A DNA stretch of 63,779 nt, filler included, from Choristocarpus tenellus KU-1152 (GCA_964200185.2; 10 parts of 10 records of this genome joined end to end with filler, not necessarily neighbours in it); one strand, 5' to 3'. Shown: positions 10,889 through 24,976, numbered from the whole stretch's first letter. Notes: a model not told the origin generated them from the letters alone. Numbers and translations: made by a program.

Positions 10889-12178
10889 GTGAGTCGATCC
10901 TGCCTTCAGAGAAACGCTTCTTCTGCCGCTGGTCCTAATCGGATCTACGCCACTGTAGGCCATGAATTTTACGATTGAGCCGTGTGCTAATAAAGCAGAG
11001 GGCTGTACGATACCATACGATGAAAGCAACTTCCCATTTTTCGTCAAAGTGAATCCTTCAGGTGTCATTGAACCTGGCACATAAGCACAAGATTGACTTG
11101 GATATTCGGTCTTCAGCCCTAGCTAAGCTCATCGAATTTACTGGAGTGTTTTTAATTCCGTTCTCTCTGATATCCTCGTAGTGTGGCGCAAAGGCCTATA
11201 TGTGTCATGTAGTGAGGTGGACTGGGGACAAGGAGATCGGAGTTGTTAAAGTTGACGAATGCATGTCCCTTTATGATCGAACTTGCGGTTTCCTCCTTGG
11301 TAGACGAGTATTTCCTCGAACAACCGCCTTGGGTACGCCAGGATTACCCAAATCGACATGATTGTGCCGATGTTCAGTGAAACTTTCCCAATCAAAAAAG
11401 ACACCACTTGAATTGTTGCTTATTCCAGGTCATGGCGTCACCACAGTGATGAGTGTTAGGTGGATACATGTTCTCGTGCGTGCATTTTTTCATATACTGT
11501 CAAGTTACTGGTGTGTGGTCACACCATGTAGAGCAGATCCAATCCTCCTTTCCTGTTAATAGTGGATATTTCTTCCACAATACTCAAGCAAGTTTGAAAA
11601 ATTGTTCATCTCTTCTTTCTACAGCCTCTTTAGCAGCAGGCTTGTCGTTTCTTTTCCACAGGTGGAGAGAATGGCACTTGCAGTATTACCACTATTCACA
11701 AGGGTCCAACAGTAGCCATGTATAGCTAATAGCTTTGTCCTGTTCTGCTGCTCTATGAGCACAAGTATGCCATAGCAGAGTGTAAAACATTTGAAGTTGT
11801 TACTGTGTGGGGTGTGACATGCATTTTGGTAACCCTCCAAACCATGACAGGAGGCCCAGTGTAGTATCCTCGACACTTGCTTTTCCAGTTCCTTGATCTT
11901 CTTCTGATATTTGGGAAGAGGGTTGCCTTTTCATATTTAAAAAAGAATGCTGAGTCGCTGACATTCTTTTTTTGTTTCTCTTTTGTTCCTTACCCCCTCG
12001 TAATTGTGGTCTTCCTCTTCTCTTCTCCAACTAAAGCAACCTCACATTGATATTTTGTCCTCACGTGCCATTTTGATTGCATGCGAAGGGTGATCGATTG
12101 ATTCATCTCTCCCGATGATCCTCATTGTGTTCAGTGTCATCCAACGCTTCCACCTGTCTCCCTTCCACCCCTCCACAG

Positions 12179-12294
12179 TCAAAATCTGGGGTACTGAAGG
12201 TCGTACTGAGGGGGAGCAGATACTCCCCACAGAGGAACTTCATGACTGCATCAACTTTCTTGGGCAGTACATCAAGGACCTACACGTTCATGAG
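12179..12294 (+). CDS. LSM14: LSM14 family protein, exon 2 (Sm2 half)
   Basis: VKIWGTEGR...INFLGQYIKDLHVHE matches V.SFGTEGR...IFRG.DIKDL.V. Polypyrimidine tract plus cag; phase 1 fits exon 1. Confidence 0.9.
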
Positions 12295-12859
12295 GTGCAA
12301 AAGTGTGTGCCTACTTCCTCTCTATGTCCGTACAATATCTCTTTTTTTCAGTAGGCATGCCTGTGTGAATGGCCTGCCATTCACACGCTCAGACATATTG
12401 CTGTCCTTGCAAGCCATAGCGGTGGGGATGATTTGTGGTAGAACAATGATGCGTGCCCTTTTGCCACCCTGCCCCCGCCCCTGCCCTCCCCGTCTCATAT
12501 TTTTTCTGTTTATTTTCCGATTTTTGAAATTGTACACTGCGTTGTTTTATGTTTTGGTACACCACCCTTCTGCACAGTAGTGTAGTCGATAAATGAACCC
12601 GTGACTACTATTGAAATGAGGTGCTGGACTGGTCTCTGCTGGGCCATGATTGCTCATTAATATACACCAGGCCGTTGTTTAAATTGTGCTGTCTCCAAGC
12701 AAATTGTGTCCTTGAGCAACAGTAGTGCTTCAAATGCTGCTGTTGTGGTGGTTTTGATTGTTCTTCCAGCTCTGCCCCTGCTGCCCCCTTCCTAGGTTAT
12801 CCCTTCTCAACCGCCACCTTGGCTCATCAGTGGGGGCACCCAGGGACACATTTTCTTTG

Positions 12860-12891
12860 GGTTAGGGATAGGGTTAGGGTTAGGGTTAGGG
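12860..12891 (+). repeat. Interstitial (TTAGGG)n run; others near 5569, 15455, 27615, 30038, 51065 and 51181
   Basis: 3-5 telomere-type hexamers per site, seen directly. Confidence 0.85.
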
Positions 12892-13989
12892 CTTGAGTCC
12901 GTGAAAACAAGGCAGTCTTATTTTCATGATACAGATTTTTGCCATTTTTTTTTGTTGATAAATAATCTGGTGTTAAAAAAATGTTATCCCAGTTCTTCAT
13001 ATGGTGCTGTTGAATATCTACGCATGATTTTTTGTGTTTGTTTGGCAGCAACCCTCTGCATTTTCCATTTTTCTGATGCCGCCCCCCCTCTGCTGGCACC
13101 CTGGGCCCTCTAATCCCCGCTTTTGTGAGGAATACGTCTCTGCACGCCATCTGTGTGTGAGTGTTTTTGAGAATGTGATGACATCCATCCTCTTGTTGCT
13201 CTGATATATATATTTTGTAAGCTTATGCAATTTATTTTTCACAACCTTGCTTCTTTTTTTTAATATTGCAGTGATTGTATCCTGTTGGGCGACAAGGAGC
13301 ACATACTGCTCACCCACACTTCCTCGATCATTTGTGATATATAAAAGCTCTAGAAGAATTTTCCCCTATCCATAGATATTGTGTCAGTTCGGCTTATGCC
13401 CCCTGAATTTTGTTGGACTTTCAATTACTGTCAACGCCAACGGACAGTATGTTCTAGAATGGAGGAGTACCCACCACGACCCACCTCCCTCTTATCCAGT
13501 CTATTCAGTCTTAGAACCACAAAATGCACCTATTGCTACAGTTAATCTGTTGGGCTACAAACTATGACCCACTACGTTAAACCCTATCCTGGCTTTGGAC
13601 CAAGGACCAACCAGCACCACGTCCTCCTGCATAATGATCAAAGCATGCTTGTGTGCAGCTGACTTATTGTCCCACAGCAGGTTACTGCTCACAATATCAG
13701 TAGCAACTCATTTACAACCCACCCCCTCACAGGTTGCCAGAGGCATGGCATGAGGGTTGACATTTATGCTTCTAGTGTGCGGGTTCTCTTGATTGTAACG
13801 TGTTTGCCTTTAACAAGCAGGGACAGGTGTCATGCTGTGGGTTCTTGTAGAGTTGTTGGTGTCATGAGACATCATGTCAGGCATGGTTTTGGACATTCCT
13901 TGCATGTTTGTGAACTTCCAACTTCCAAATATTAGAGACTGTGACAGAGGTCAAGGACTACCCTGATGAAGAGGGCAAGGTAGAGCAGT

Positions 13990-14340
13990 CTTGAGGTAAA
14001 AAAGCCAATTCCAATCATTGACATACCACTGTAGTGCCTAGTTGGCTATGTCTTGCACCTGATCCACAAGCCATGTGAGATGCAAGTCATTGAACACTAG
14101 TCAACACATTGGTACGTCAAAGATTGAGATCGAATTTACCTCATATCCTGTGGCCGTGACCCGGGTGATCTCTGTGCTTGTGGATCAAGTGGGAAGCATT
14201 GGCACCCAGGCAACACAGTGGTACGCCAAGGACTGGGATCGGGTTTATCCCATGCTTCCCTACCTCACACTCGCCATCAGGGCAGTTTCTGACCTATTTT
14301 CACAGTCTCTACCATCTCGAACTTGGTGGTTTGTGTGAGT
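13990..14340 (-). mobile_element. Possible intronic LINE (RTE-like) 3' remnant
   Basis: Decayed coding-like minus-strand segment ending in an L.SHM motif, similar in style to the RTE tail at 36560-36842. Weak. Confidence 0.3.
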
Positions 14341-14590
14341 GATGCCGAACTTGTTGTAGTCTAGTAGGGAGCTGGGCTCTCTCCTTCCATGTTCATTGGA
14401 TATTCCTATTGAGGAAGAGAGCAGAGGTATGATTTGATTTGCTAACCTACTCTTGCCATCTTTTCAATTGAATCTTTACCTCCTGATGTCTTCCTGAAAA
14501 ATCCCATCCTGCTGTAATGCGAGGTTCTCCTCTTTTAACAACCCCTCTCTTATCCATTTTTTCCGTGGTCTACCCCCCTTGGGAGTTTAG

Positions 14591-14836
14591 GCCCCAGAGC
14601 CTGTTCTGCCCTCCGCTCCCCCCCAGCCGGTGTCTGTAACTCCTGTGGGTATGTCAGGGGCTGAAGGCTCAGGGGCTGGGAGTAATTACAGTACATCGAC
14701 AGGTAGATCCGATAGAGGGGAGGGAGAGGTGGCTGGGGGAGGAGGGGTTGAACAGGGAGCAGCAGAGGAAGGGGGTGGTAGTGTTGGGAAGGCTGTGCAG
14801 GAGTCTCCGGAGGCGCAGTCGGTCATGCCAGACCAG
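14591..14836 (+). CDS. LSM14: LSM14 family protein, probable exon 3 (P/G/S/E-rich linker)
   Basis: tttag acceptor after a pyrimidine-rich tract, open phase-0 frame APEPVLPSAPPQP...VMPDQ, CAG|GTTCGT donor. Confidence 0.7.
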
Positions 14837-15345
14837 GTTCGTATTCTGCTAGGGGGGAGGGGGACGAATTAGATACATTGAAAGATGTAGCTTCCTTCTT
14901 TCGAGTAGTTTGCTTGATTAGTCCTTTTATTGCTATGGCGTTTTTCTAGGACGAATTATTTAGGAGTTTAGACTCTTGCAGCGATTGGGGTGTTTTTTTT
15001 TTCTTGTGCATAGGTAGCTTGGACGAGTACGGTGTGAAGGGGGGTGCTGTGTACAAGAGGCAATAGAGGGGCTATGTGATTGAATAAGCGATTTTTAATT
15101 CAAGGGGTTCGACCAATGCTTGAGGAGGAAGGGCATTTGTTGCATTTTGGTGTTCGTTCGTGCATGTGAAGTTGAAGTTGAAGTTGAAGTTGAGCCACAA
15201 TTGGCTTTTGCTGTCTTCACGTAAACAAGGGATATATGAGATCGTGGTGCTTGCGACTGTGCTGAGCATGCGCACACGCTTACACACGTACACGGCTTAT
15301 TTTTAACATTCATGTCCATGTTTGTGCTTTAATATTTCCTTGCAG

Positions 15346-15416
15346 GGGCGCAAGGCGGGTAGGTATCAGCCGCCCCACAAGAATCCGAACTGGAAGCCTC
15401 ATCCGACTGTGCAGAG
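15346..15416 (+). CDS. LSM14: LSM14 family protein, candidate exon 4
   Basis: tttccttgcag acceptor, phase-0 frame GRKAGRYQPPHKNPNWKPHPTVQ, AG|GTAAGC donor. Confidence 0.55.
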
Positions 15417-15968
15417 GTAAGCATCATCGTGCCACACACATGACCGCCCTGTGTGTTAGGGTTAGGGTTAGGGTTATTGGACTGTGTGTCACTGCACCGA
15501 TAGGTTTCCAAGATAGGTAGGACCTGTGTCTTGAGTTACCTCTTGGTTGGCACGTTCAAGAGCATTAGGAGCACAAGTGTGATACTTGAAACGGGACCAC
15601 CCTGTAAGCAAAAGAAATGGAACGGTGTGATCGAGCCGGGTCGATTCGAGTTTTTGGGGGTAAAAGTCCCCCCTGACTTCCCTCATTAATAGAAAAGAGG
15701 GTATGCTACCCTACCTCTCTGTCTGGTATTACAGGGGCAGTTTACAGTTCACAGTAGAGGGTTTGGCGTTTGGTGACCGAGGACACTCCGTATGCTGTTG
15801 CGCATTCATTCCAAGAGGATAGGTTGGGCATTATTGTTGTTTGAGGATCAAGAATTTCTAGCATGATTTCTTGAAGGGGAAATCTTGTTTCACCTCTTGA
15901 ACCTCCTCTGTTTCGAGGCCCCTGCTGTAACAGTTATTTTTCTGTTGTCCTTGAGCACATATAGCCCA

Positions 15969-16003
<35 letters not shown>

Positions 16004-16659
16004 CTGGATCTATGAAACCATATCAACCTTCTGAGCGGTATTACTCTTCCAAGATTTTCCCATTGTCTTGCCAGTGACGGTTGTGCCTGAAGTTGGCATT
16101 GGTGAGAACTCCATTTTCGCTTACTTCAGGCTGCCTCGCAGTGGCGGCCCTAAACTCTGCGATAGCAATATTGTTCTCTTCACCTTTTGGGGGACTTTTT
16201 ACTCGACAGACGCAGGTCTTTAGGTGTTGGTAAGGCGTTTGTTTCGTAGGTGCCTTCAGTTTCAAGGTATTTTTTTTTGTTGTCCGATTTGACTCGAAAT
16301 TGTTACAAACAAAATGATTTTTTTTTTTTAATGTGATGGGCATATATATAACTGAGGCCAATCCTATGCAACGAACCAATTTCCAAGGATTGGTGTTGGT
16401 GCGGAGATATGTGGAACGTTCAACCCACTGCCGTAGGACTGTGGAGAGGTAGTAGTGTATTGATTTTTTTTTGGCGTAGCTCTAGTACAGTGTCATAAAA
16501 AATGTTTTGCATGATTTGGAGGAGACATGGTAGAACTCAGATAAGACACAACAACATGTGAAAACTTAAGTCTACACTGTTTTTGAACATGTGTAGAATA
16601 AACCACAGATAGATTAGTAGTTTCTTCAAAATATTACATTTCACCAGGTTGGGTGTCAC

Positions 16660-17240
16660 AACCACAGCATTCACTCCTGGATCGCTTGGGATGATGGGAT
16701 AAAACTTGATGAGGGTTGAGTGGGGGTTTCTTGCATACTCTGGACATGGTCTGATGCAACCCTGTCCAATAACACCTCACTTGTCCCATTGACGAATCAG
16801 TACCAGCACCTGCAAGGACAGGGACTCCCTAGTTAGTTTGGCACCATGATAGGTTGTGGTTGGTGGAGTATCCTGTTTGAAGCTCAGATAGGGCCTAGAT
16901 TTCATGAGGAATCTGTATATAATTTACTCCCAACTCTTTTGCTTTCAAGCAGCTCTTTGCTTGATAGTTCGCATGGACACACTGCCTCCCACAACCATAC
17001 TGTGGCCTCCAGCCTCCTTGTTTGGCGTTGTGCTGAGGCTGTGTGTTCATTACAAGGTTTAGTTGGCCCCATACTTCTCTTGGAGTCCTCTCTGATCGCC
17101 ATCTGCACCAATGGTCCATCCTGCTGTAGGAGTTTTTGAAAACGGTGGATGTAGGCCACCTTTCAGATCTGTATTGTGTTCATTGCAAGAATGTTACCAA
17201 TTGTTCCTGATGGTGTCCAGAAGTACCACAGAACCTTGAG
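16660..17240 (-). mobile_element. RTE-clade LINE C-terminal remnant
   Basis: Frameshifted W.DH-LVQM-RSERTPREVWGQL corresponds to the W.GH.RM..ER.P..V..G.L motif after the RT domain of RTE elements. Confidence 0.5.
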
Positions 17241-17647
17241 GGCTGGCCATTTGTCCCACTAGCCACTCTAACCTTGCACCTAACACAGCTCTAAGTATTC
17301 AGGTACTTGAGAGTATGCTTTTCTGGCCCTTAAAAGTATATAATATTTGGAGTACTGGCATCTCCAAATCCTAGGCCACCTACAACCCCCCCCCCCTTCC
17401 TACAAATCAGACACTCCAAAAAAATCACAACCCAAATTAAGATAGCCGGAACCACACATANNNNNNNNNNNNNNNNNNNNNNNNNNNNNNNNNNNNNNNN
17501 NNNNTTAATTAATTAANNNNNNNNNNNNNNNNNNNNNNNNNNNNNNNNNNNNNNNNNNNNAAAAACTTCTATTATTTTTTAGCACCTCACCCGGACCGAA
17601 ACGGAGGCCCCCTCACAAACCCCCCCCCCCCCCCAGATACTTTGACC

Positions 17648-19981
17648 CACCACTATCAAAGAACTTCGATCTGTCCTTGGTATGGTTAATTTTTTGCGTA
17701 AATTTATACCCAACCTAGCCACAGTAATCGAACTGCTAGTTCGCCTCAACTAAGAAAGGTATTTAGTAAGAACGTTGATAAAGAATGGGGAGTAGATCAG
17801 GACGTGGCATTTCTTAAAGTAAAACAATTACTCACTGCAGCCCCAGTTCTCGTATTCCCTGACTTTACCAAAGAGTTGTCGTTCACATGTTGATGTGAGT
17901 GAGAGTGGTGCTGGGTTTTTTTTAGCACAATCCCGATCCGATAACCCTAAAGACCTAGGCATCATTGCTTACTTCAGCAAGTAATTTAATGAATCCCAGC
18001 GTCACTATTCAGTTATATTAAGAGAATGTTATGCAGTTGTTATAACTATCACTCATCGGCAACCGTATCTTTGGGTGGATGCTTTACCTGCACCACAGAT
18101 CATGCTGCATTGTGTTACTTGTATAGAATGCAGGATACCAGTAACATGCTTACTCGTTGGGCTACACTGTCAAACACAAGCCCGGTAAGCTAAACATTTT
18201 CAAGTTTGAGGAACAGGAGAAATCCGTTGCTCCAATGCTCGCACCCATCTGTCGTAATGTGCCTAAAGGTAGTCGTGCATTGACCACACGTGTTCAAAAG
18301 GAATATGAGTTATCTGCTTCTAACCTTGACCAAACAACACCGGTCCAAAGTGATCGTGAACTATTTACTAGTTCCACTACTTTGTTTCCTGCAGTGGACC
18401 CAGAGCAATTGCGCAAGGAGCAGGAATCCGAGTTCGGACGATATTTCAGGTATTTGCAGTCCCCCAATGTCACCCCACCAACTGATAGGAATCAAAGTCT
18501 AAGTCGTATTTTTTCCTTCGTAATGGCTTACTATATATTGTTCGTATTTAACAGGCCATCTTCGTAAGAGGGGCACGTTTAAAGACCAGTTTGTCGTTCC
18601 TCGTTCGTTAGTCCGTCTTTACTCCATGCTTTGTCATGACCATGAATTGTCTGGAGGCCACTTAGGTTTCAAACCCACGTTCGATAAGGGTAGAGACTCG
18701 TATTGGTGGCCAACATTCACTATCAACGTTTGTACATGGTGTCGTGATTGTCAAGCATGCCAAACGTATAAGACTGCCCATAACAAAGCTACGCTTCCCA
18801 CTGGCCGTATGTCCGTTGACAGACCATTTCAACGTGTTGCTATTGATTTGGTAGAGTACAAAACATGTTCCCCAGCAGCAAATGATGTGATGTGCTCGTA
18901 TGTGTTGTCTGCCATTGATCACCTCACTCGTTTTGTCGTGCTGAGCCCTGTTCCAAATAAAGAGGCCGCAACAATTAATTGCTCGTACGCTGGTAGAACG
19001 TGCATTTTCGATTTTCGGTCTACCCGAGTTGTTGTACTCTGATCAAGGTACCTAATTTGAAAACAATATTTTTCCGGAATTGCAGTCTGTCTTTGGTTAC
19101 AAGAAAACCAAAACCACACCGTATCAACCCCAAGGCAATTCTGTGTTAGAGAGAGTACATGATACTTGCATTCTATACTAGCAATGTACATCTCTGTTGC
19201 TGAAGATAACTGGGCATCGTTCTTGCTCGTGCAGTTAGTCCATAACACAGCATTATTCAGTGCAAAGTTGCATGAAACCCCGTTTTTCCTTCTGTTTGGA
19301 AGACAAGCTCGTTTACCTATTGATAGTATCCTTGACTTGTCTAATGCGAATTCAGATGCCACTACTGAAGAGTTTACTCAGCAAACCAAAGATCATTTAC
19401 AGCTTGCATTTGAGTTAGTGCGTCCTAACCTCCATGAACACGTTAAAAATCAGGAGCGTGCCAACCAACGTCTCGTGTTTCCCGCTTTTATACCTGGTGA
19501 TCAACTTCTAGCTCATTGGCCAATTTGAGAGTGCTGATGGTCCGAATCGAAGTTACTTCACCCTTGGAAGGGTCCGTATGAAGTATGTTCTAAGGTATCA
19601 CCCATCGTGTACAGGGTAGTTATACCTAGAAATCCACGTCCAATTTACTTTCATCTGGGTAGAATGAAGCGTTACTATCCTCAAGTCCAACCTCCCACAC
19701 CAGATTTCAATGAACTGAGTTATTTGTTTCTAGGAAAACCAATACCACTACCAGATATAGACCATCAAATCCCTCAACCTGTTATTGGCCAATATACTAT
19801 TGATAGCATTGTTGTACATAGACCTGGTCCTGGTCGTCGTTCGTCCATTAATGTTATCTATCGCCTTCGTCTTTGTGGCTATGGACCGTCTTGCGATCTT
19901 CACAGAAGAATAGAACAGATCCCACAATGCCATGAAGTGATTGCAGCCTATCGTGCAGTAAATGGATTGGATAACCACTAA
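17648..19981 (+). mobile_element. Ty3/Gypsy chromovirus-type pol pseudogene (RT end, RNase H, integrase, GPY/F, chromodomain)
   Basis: ELRSVLGMVNFLRKFIPNLA; APVLVFPDF; TDHAAL; HDHELSGGHLG..YWWP..CRDCQACQ (integrase H2C2); PFQRVAIDL; SDQG; PWKGPY; YTIDSIVVHR..YRLRLCGYG (chromodomain). Multiple frameshifts. Confidence 0.95.
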
Positions 19982-21342
19982 AATTCTCGTCCCTTGTGGT
20001 GTTGACTTGAGAATTCATATTAACTGTTACCATACCCCTTTGTCGTAATATTGTAACCTATCGTTTCAGGGAAGAGATTATTTTATGTATGTGCGGTACA
20101 GATCCTTGCCAACAATTTGTTTGTTTGTGTGTTTTTTAAGGCTAGTGTGTCTTGGCCAGATCTCGTGGTACCCACATACCATAATCCTTTATATAGGTTG
20201 TCCATCTAGTTTAGACTAATCGTTTTTGTCTCATTTAATCATAGATGGATATAATTTATGGTTTTGTGAACGGATGAGATAACTGGTAACAGATGTCCAT
20301 TAACATGTTCACGATGAGCTCTGACTTAGCATCTCGCGTTTACCAGGTTTATCAATCCTTGCGAATAGACTATACATACATGTTCGTGGGTTGGATAAGT
20401 AAATTAATACAATTAATTTATCTCTCAACTCTCCTCGTTTGCATGAGTGGACACATGTGGTGGTGAAGAGATCATATCACTGGGTACATTAGCACCTGTG
20501 TGCTAAAGGTGATTGTTCATTACATCATGTCAATTTAATGGATTTATTTATGATCATGAAATAACTAACCCCAATAAAAACAGATATTCAAGTCTACCAC
20601 CAGGTAAGAGATGGAGACTTCAGGTGAGTCATATATCAATTTTATTTTTCGAGTGTCATGATCCCCCTGACATTATGCAATGACCGTACAATCATTTTAG
20701 GAGAGTTGAGCCACCAACATCATACATCCGAGTTGTCCACTTAGAATATTGTAGTTGTCGTGAACAATATTTCCAATCCTTGTCAGAATTTGAGGAAGGA
20801 GAACGGTGGACACATTTGATCTCGTCGTCTACTGTGCTGATATTGATCATGTAACACGCAATGTTGTTTTCACACATTGGAGTGGTGATCAAATCATTGT
20901 ATAACACCCGTATAGCAATGTCGAATCACAAACATTGGTCAAATCATTTCTTGACATCGTATAGCGTTTGCTCCTCGTATCCCCATTCTGAGTATCCTCT
21001 GTTTTATACAAGATTATACAGACCTATATGCTGTCCACTTATACCTCTCGCCTTGTTGTTTGGCTGATTTATATGCTAATCCCATACTCTCAGGCCTCGT
21101 AAGCTTGATTGATATGCTGACCATATACCATCAACCTTGGGCTAATGTTATCCTGATCAGATATTCATTATTGCCTCATTTATATGTTACACTCCATTAT
21201 GTATTAATGGAGTCATGTAATAAAATGGTGCCATAGTATACAAACAGTCAAACATGTTTCCCCTCTTGGTCCCAGAATTCACTTTTTGATTGACCTTGAA
21301 TCATGTTTACATGGCTTCAAGGCTGATCAGAAGGGGGGGCGA

Positions 21343-21648
21343 TGAGGAAAGAGGTCTGTCTGTTGCTGTACCTTTATTGCCATATGCCATATACCGTTAT
21401 ACCGATTGAGGTTGTGTTCTGAGAACTTTGGTTCAACTGTGTGGAGGATATTCGGAGTGACAGATTTCCGTGTATTCCCGCAACGTCTCTTTATGAGTAC
21501 GTTTTTCCGAAGGCGGATCTCCTACCTCTCAAGGGTTTCTTTTCCAAAACCCATTTGAATCGTGATCCTCACCACTTTCTCAGTTCCCCACTTTTTCCTT
21601 CGAGTCCTTTCAGCCTTGCACTTATTCAACCATAACCTCGTCCTCTCA
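21343..21648 (+). mobile_element. Candidate 3' LTR of the Gypsy element
   Basis: Follows the polypurine tract agaaggggggg (21329-21339); bounded by TGAGGA...TCCTCTCA. No second LTR in the contig to confirm it. Confidence 0.45.
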
Positions 21649-21874
21649 GTTATGGTTCCTCTTCATTCATCTGGTCCGTCATGCCCAGTGATTCTCTTCG
21701 CCACCCTTGCCTGAGGGAACCACGCTGCCACAGAATCACAAGATTCATAAATATATATATTATTGGACAACACAACCACAAATCACTGGATGAAACACAA
21801 ATATAATTTGTAACACCAACATATTCATAAATATATCACCTCCAACATGAAGTTCAATCAAGTATGGAAACTTT

Positions 21875-22860
21875 TCAAGGATGAGAGCTGGTAAAAACTG
21901 AAGGTTTTGAGTTGGAATTGGGTTTATCCAGACAATGTTGTTGCCGATATGCAGAAATCATTTCTGCACATTGCAACAAATCACGTCGACGATTGAATAC
22001 ATCAGAACCACGATCAGAACCTTTAAGGGGGGATCTATATTTTATGTTCATAGGTGAACGAGGTCCACGACCAAACTTGTGTCCCACAATGGCTTCAATA
22101 ATATAAGGACCAATGCTCACCGGGGATTCTAAGTCATCAAGATTCGGTAAGGGTAAGGTACAGCCAAGAAAAAAATCGCTGAGCTTCATAAAATCAGGTT
22201 CAGGTGGTCGTGTGTTCGGAATGTAAGGTTTCAAGTGGACTAAGTGAACAGAAATATCTTTGATGTCACCCTGTTTACAGACACAGTAAACTACAGGGAA
22301 AATCTTGGGTGTCACCGTGAAAGGTCCACGCCAGGGGTGAATCAATTTTGGATTAGGTCCATCCCGGTCAGTATGTGGACGATACACCAAAACTTGAGGT
22401 CCAACTTGAAACACGGGGAAAACAAGAGTTTCGTTGGTAGCCATTCTCTTAGTGTTCCCGTTCTCCCAGATTGCGAAGAGCTAATTCAAAAGCTAACGGT
22501 AAATTCTCAGCTGTTGATTGAGTAAACTCTTGACTAGATTGGGATACCGTTGACTTGGAAAAGTGGGCCAAAAAAAATAAATAGCATCCACCAACAATGT
22601 TTGACAACTTAAAAAAACAGAAAAAAATCTTGTAAATGCGGTGTTGTACATCATATTCTAAACAAGTTGAAGGAATGGAACAACAATATCCCAATTGTTT
22701 TTTGTAGTGTTATTGTACATGGATAATACCTGTTACAGAGTGGGATTGACACGGTTTAAAACAAAGTTACCCTGCAATGGATTGGGTGTCGCACTAGTTT
22801 TATGGCTCCTAATAAACATTGTAATTCCAGAACAAGTATATTTTCAAATTCTGAAATGAA
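21875..22860 (-). mobile_element. Second Ty3/Gypsy integrase-chromodomain fragment, related family, opposite orientation
   Basis: QVLVYRPH..DGPNPKLIHPWRGPFTV..VHLVHLKPY..PEPDF..PYIIEAIVGH is homologous to 19500-19981. Confidence 0.9.
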
Positions 22861-24976
22861 GACCCAAAGTATCTGTGGGGGGGGGGGNNNNNNNNNNNNN
22901 NNNNNNNNNNNNNNNNNNNNNNNNNNNNNNNTTAATTAATTAANNNNNNNNNNNNNNNNNNNNNNNNNNNNNNNNNNNNNNNNNNNNGCCAAGCCCCAAA
23001 TGGACAAACAGGGCAAAACTCGTACCCTCTAAGATATCTTTGCTCAAGTAAGTGTCGATATTAACACCCTGTGGTATAAACACAGAAGATACAATTATGG
23101 CGGGGTGATATTTTTTCTGTTGTTTTGTTAGTAAGGAGTCATCAATCTGGGAACGTGTACGAGCAGACACGCAAGGACAGGAGTCGACAATAAAAAATTA
23201 CAGAGAGATGGATATAAGTACTTGTCTTTATGCAGTAGATACCCAAGGGGCACCTAGAAGGATTATGAGTGTTGCTTTAGGGAATAACTTGAGGTGACTA
23301 ATTTGTCTCGAGAATTCATTTTCTCCTTGACGACTCTCAGAAAATCAAAATGACTTTAAGCGACAAGCACACCGTTTGGTCAACTTGTTGAATTCTTGCT
23401 TGCATATAATGGAGAGCAAGAGGTATGCTAATCTAGCGTATATACTGTGATGTGTCATTTTTTTCCGGACATCGTACGCACATATTTTTCCCTTGTTCAT
23501 TTAGAAAAGGTTGGAGGCATGAGATCGCACGTTAACATATACAGGAATGAAAACCTGTACTGGAAACCTATATAAAGAACCACCGACCGAAGGATGGACG
23601 GGAACCACTTGGTTTTGCATGGTATGTAGGTGAGGGGGATCAAATGTGTTTGTAAAGGTCTATTTTGTAGAACGTCAAAAGACATTATTTCATTAACAGA
23701 CTTCCTGTGTGAGGCGGGTGCAACACGAGACGCACAACCATTGCCTTCGTTCTCAGATGCAAAAGGTTCTGAACAATGCCAACAAAAGAAGAGGCCTACA
23801 CCAGAAGCAACAGAACTTATCGCATGAGGTTCTTCCGGTACTAATGCCGATCGTAGATTATCTCTTCAGCTCATCCAAGGACCACACTGATCATATCATC
23901 CTAACTTCTCACACGTCCTGGCTCTCTGTCCTCCACGTTCATGGAGCAAGTTTTCCGAGCCATTACTGGAGGGGTCCAACTCATTCTTTAGTGTTTCATC
24001 AAAATTGTCGTGTTTAAAAAATAAAGGTATTACCACGTTGCATGAAATGTAATGCAAACATATTTGTAACCCCAATTAATTTGGACCTACAGACTCCATG
24101 CCCAACCCCCCACTGTTCGTCACTGGTTTTGTTGGCCACACAGTCAATGCAACCTGCAATACACAGTCTAATCCTCTGTCAAATTGCGCACTGACTAAGC
24201 TGAAAAGAGGGCACATATAGGTAGCAACTCAAGATAAAAAAAAGTGGCCCCACTGGGCATATATGCACTAATCTCAGTACAAAGTGTTTGTAGCTCCTTG
24301 GTGCTCGTCTCGATGTTGAAGGTCCTTGACATATAGTTGCATACAGCACCCCAATATTAACATGAAATCATGATGCACATAGATTCGTGCGCCGTTCAAA
24401 CCACACCTATCAACTTCCGTGGGGGTTCTAATTCCAGTGCCCCTTGATTCCACTGAACTTTCGAGATATTTGCCTTATTAACGTACTACTCTAGAGTACA
24501 TACTGGTTCTACCCATCCAATCATGCCGGGATCCTGTCATACGCAATAGCTAAGACTGAGTGTATACTCTGTGTGCAAGCAGGCTCACCTGAAGGATATG
24601 CTTTGCATTATTCACCACGACATGTCCATTCTGAAGAGCCCAACGAACGACCACCTACATGACATAGTCAATTTTTTCAGAGAGGTCAAGTGGTGGTGTT
24701 TGATTTTCCAAAACTAGATATACGAGTAAAGACACAAGAATGCGCGTTGATATTTAATACCATCAAATACGGGCTAGATTGCCGACTACAGTTGAAGTGC
24801 CTTTGTGAGTAGTAGCATAGGGTTTGAGGAATTAATGGAGGCATTATGCAAGGTAGGTACCCGTGTAACATGTCGAAGCACCATCTTCTCATTATCACTG
24901 AATTTTATTTATGCGACCCCTCCTACCCCATTTCGAGGTTGATAACTCTTCCCATTAACTTGATTACATAAAAAAT

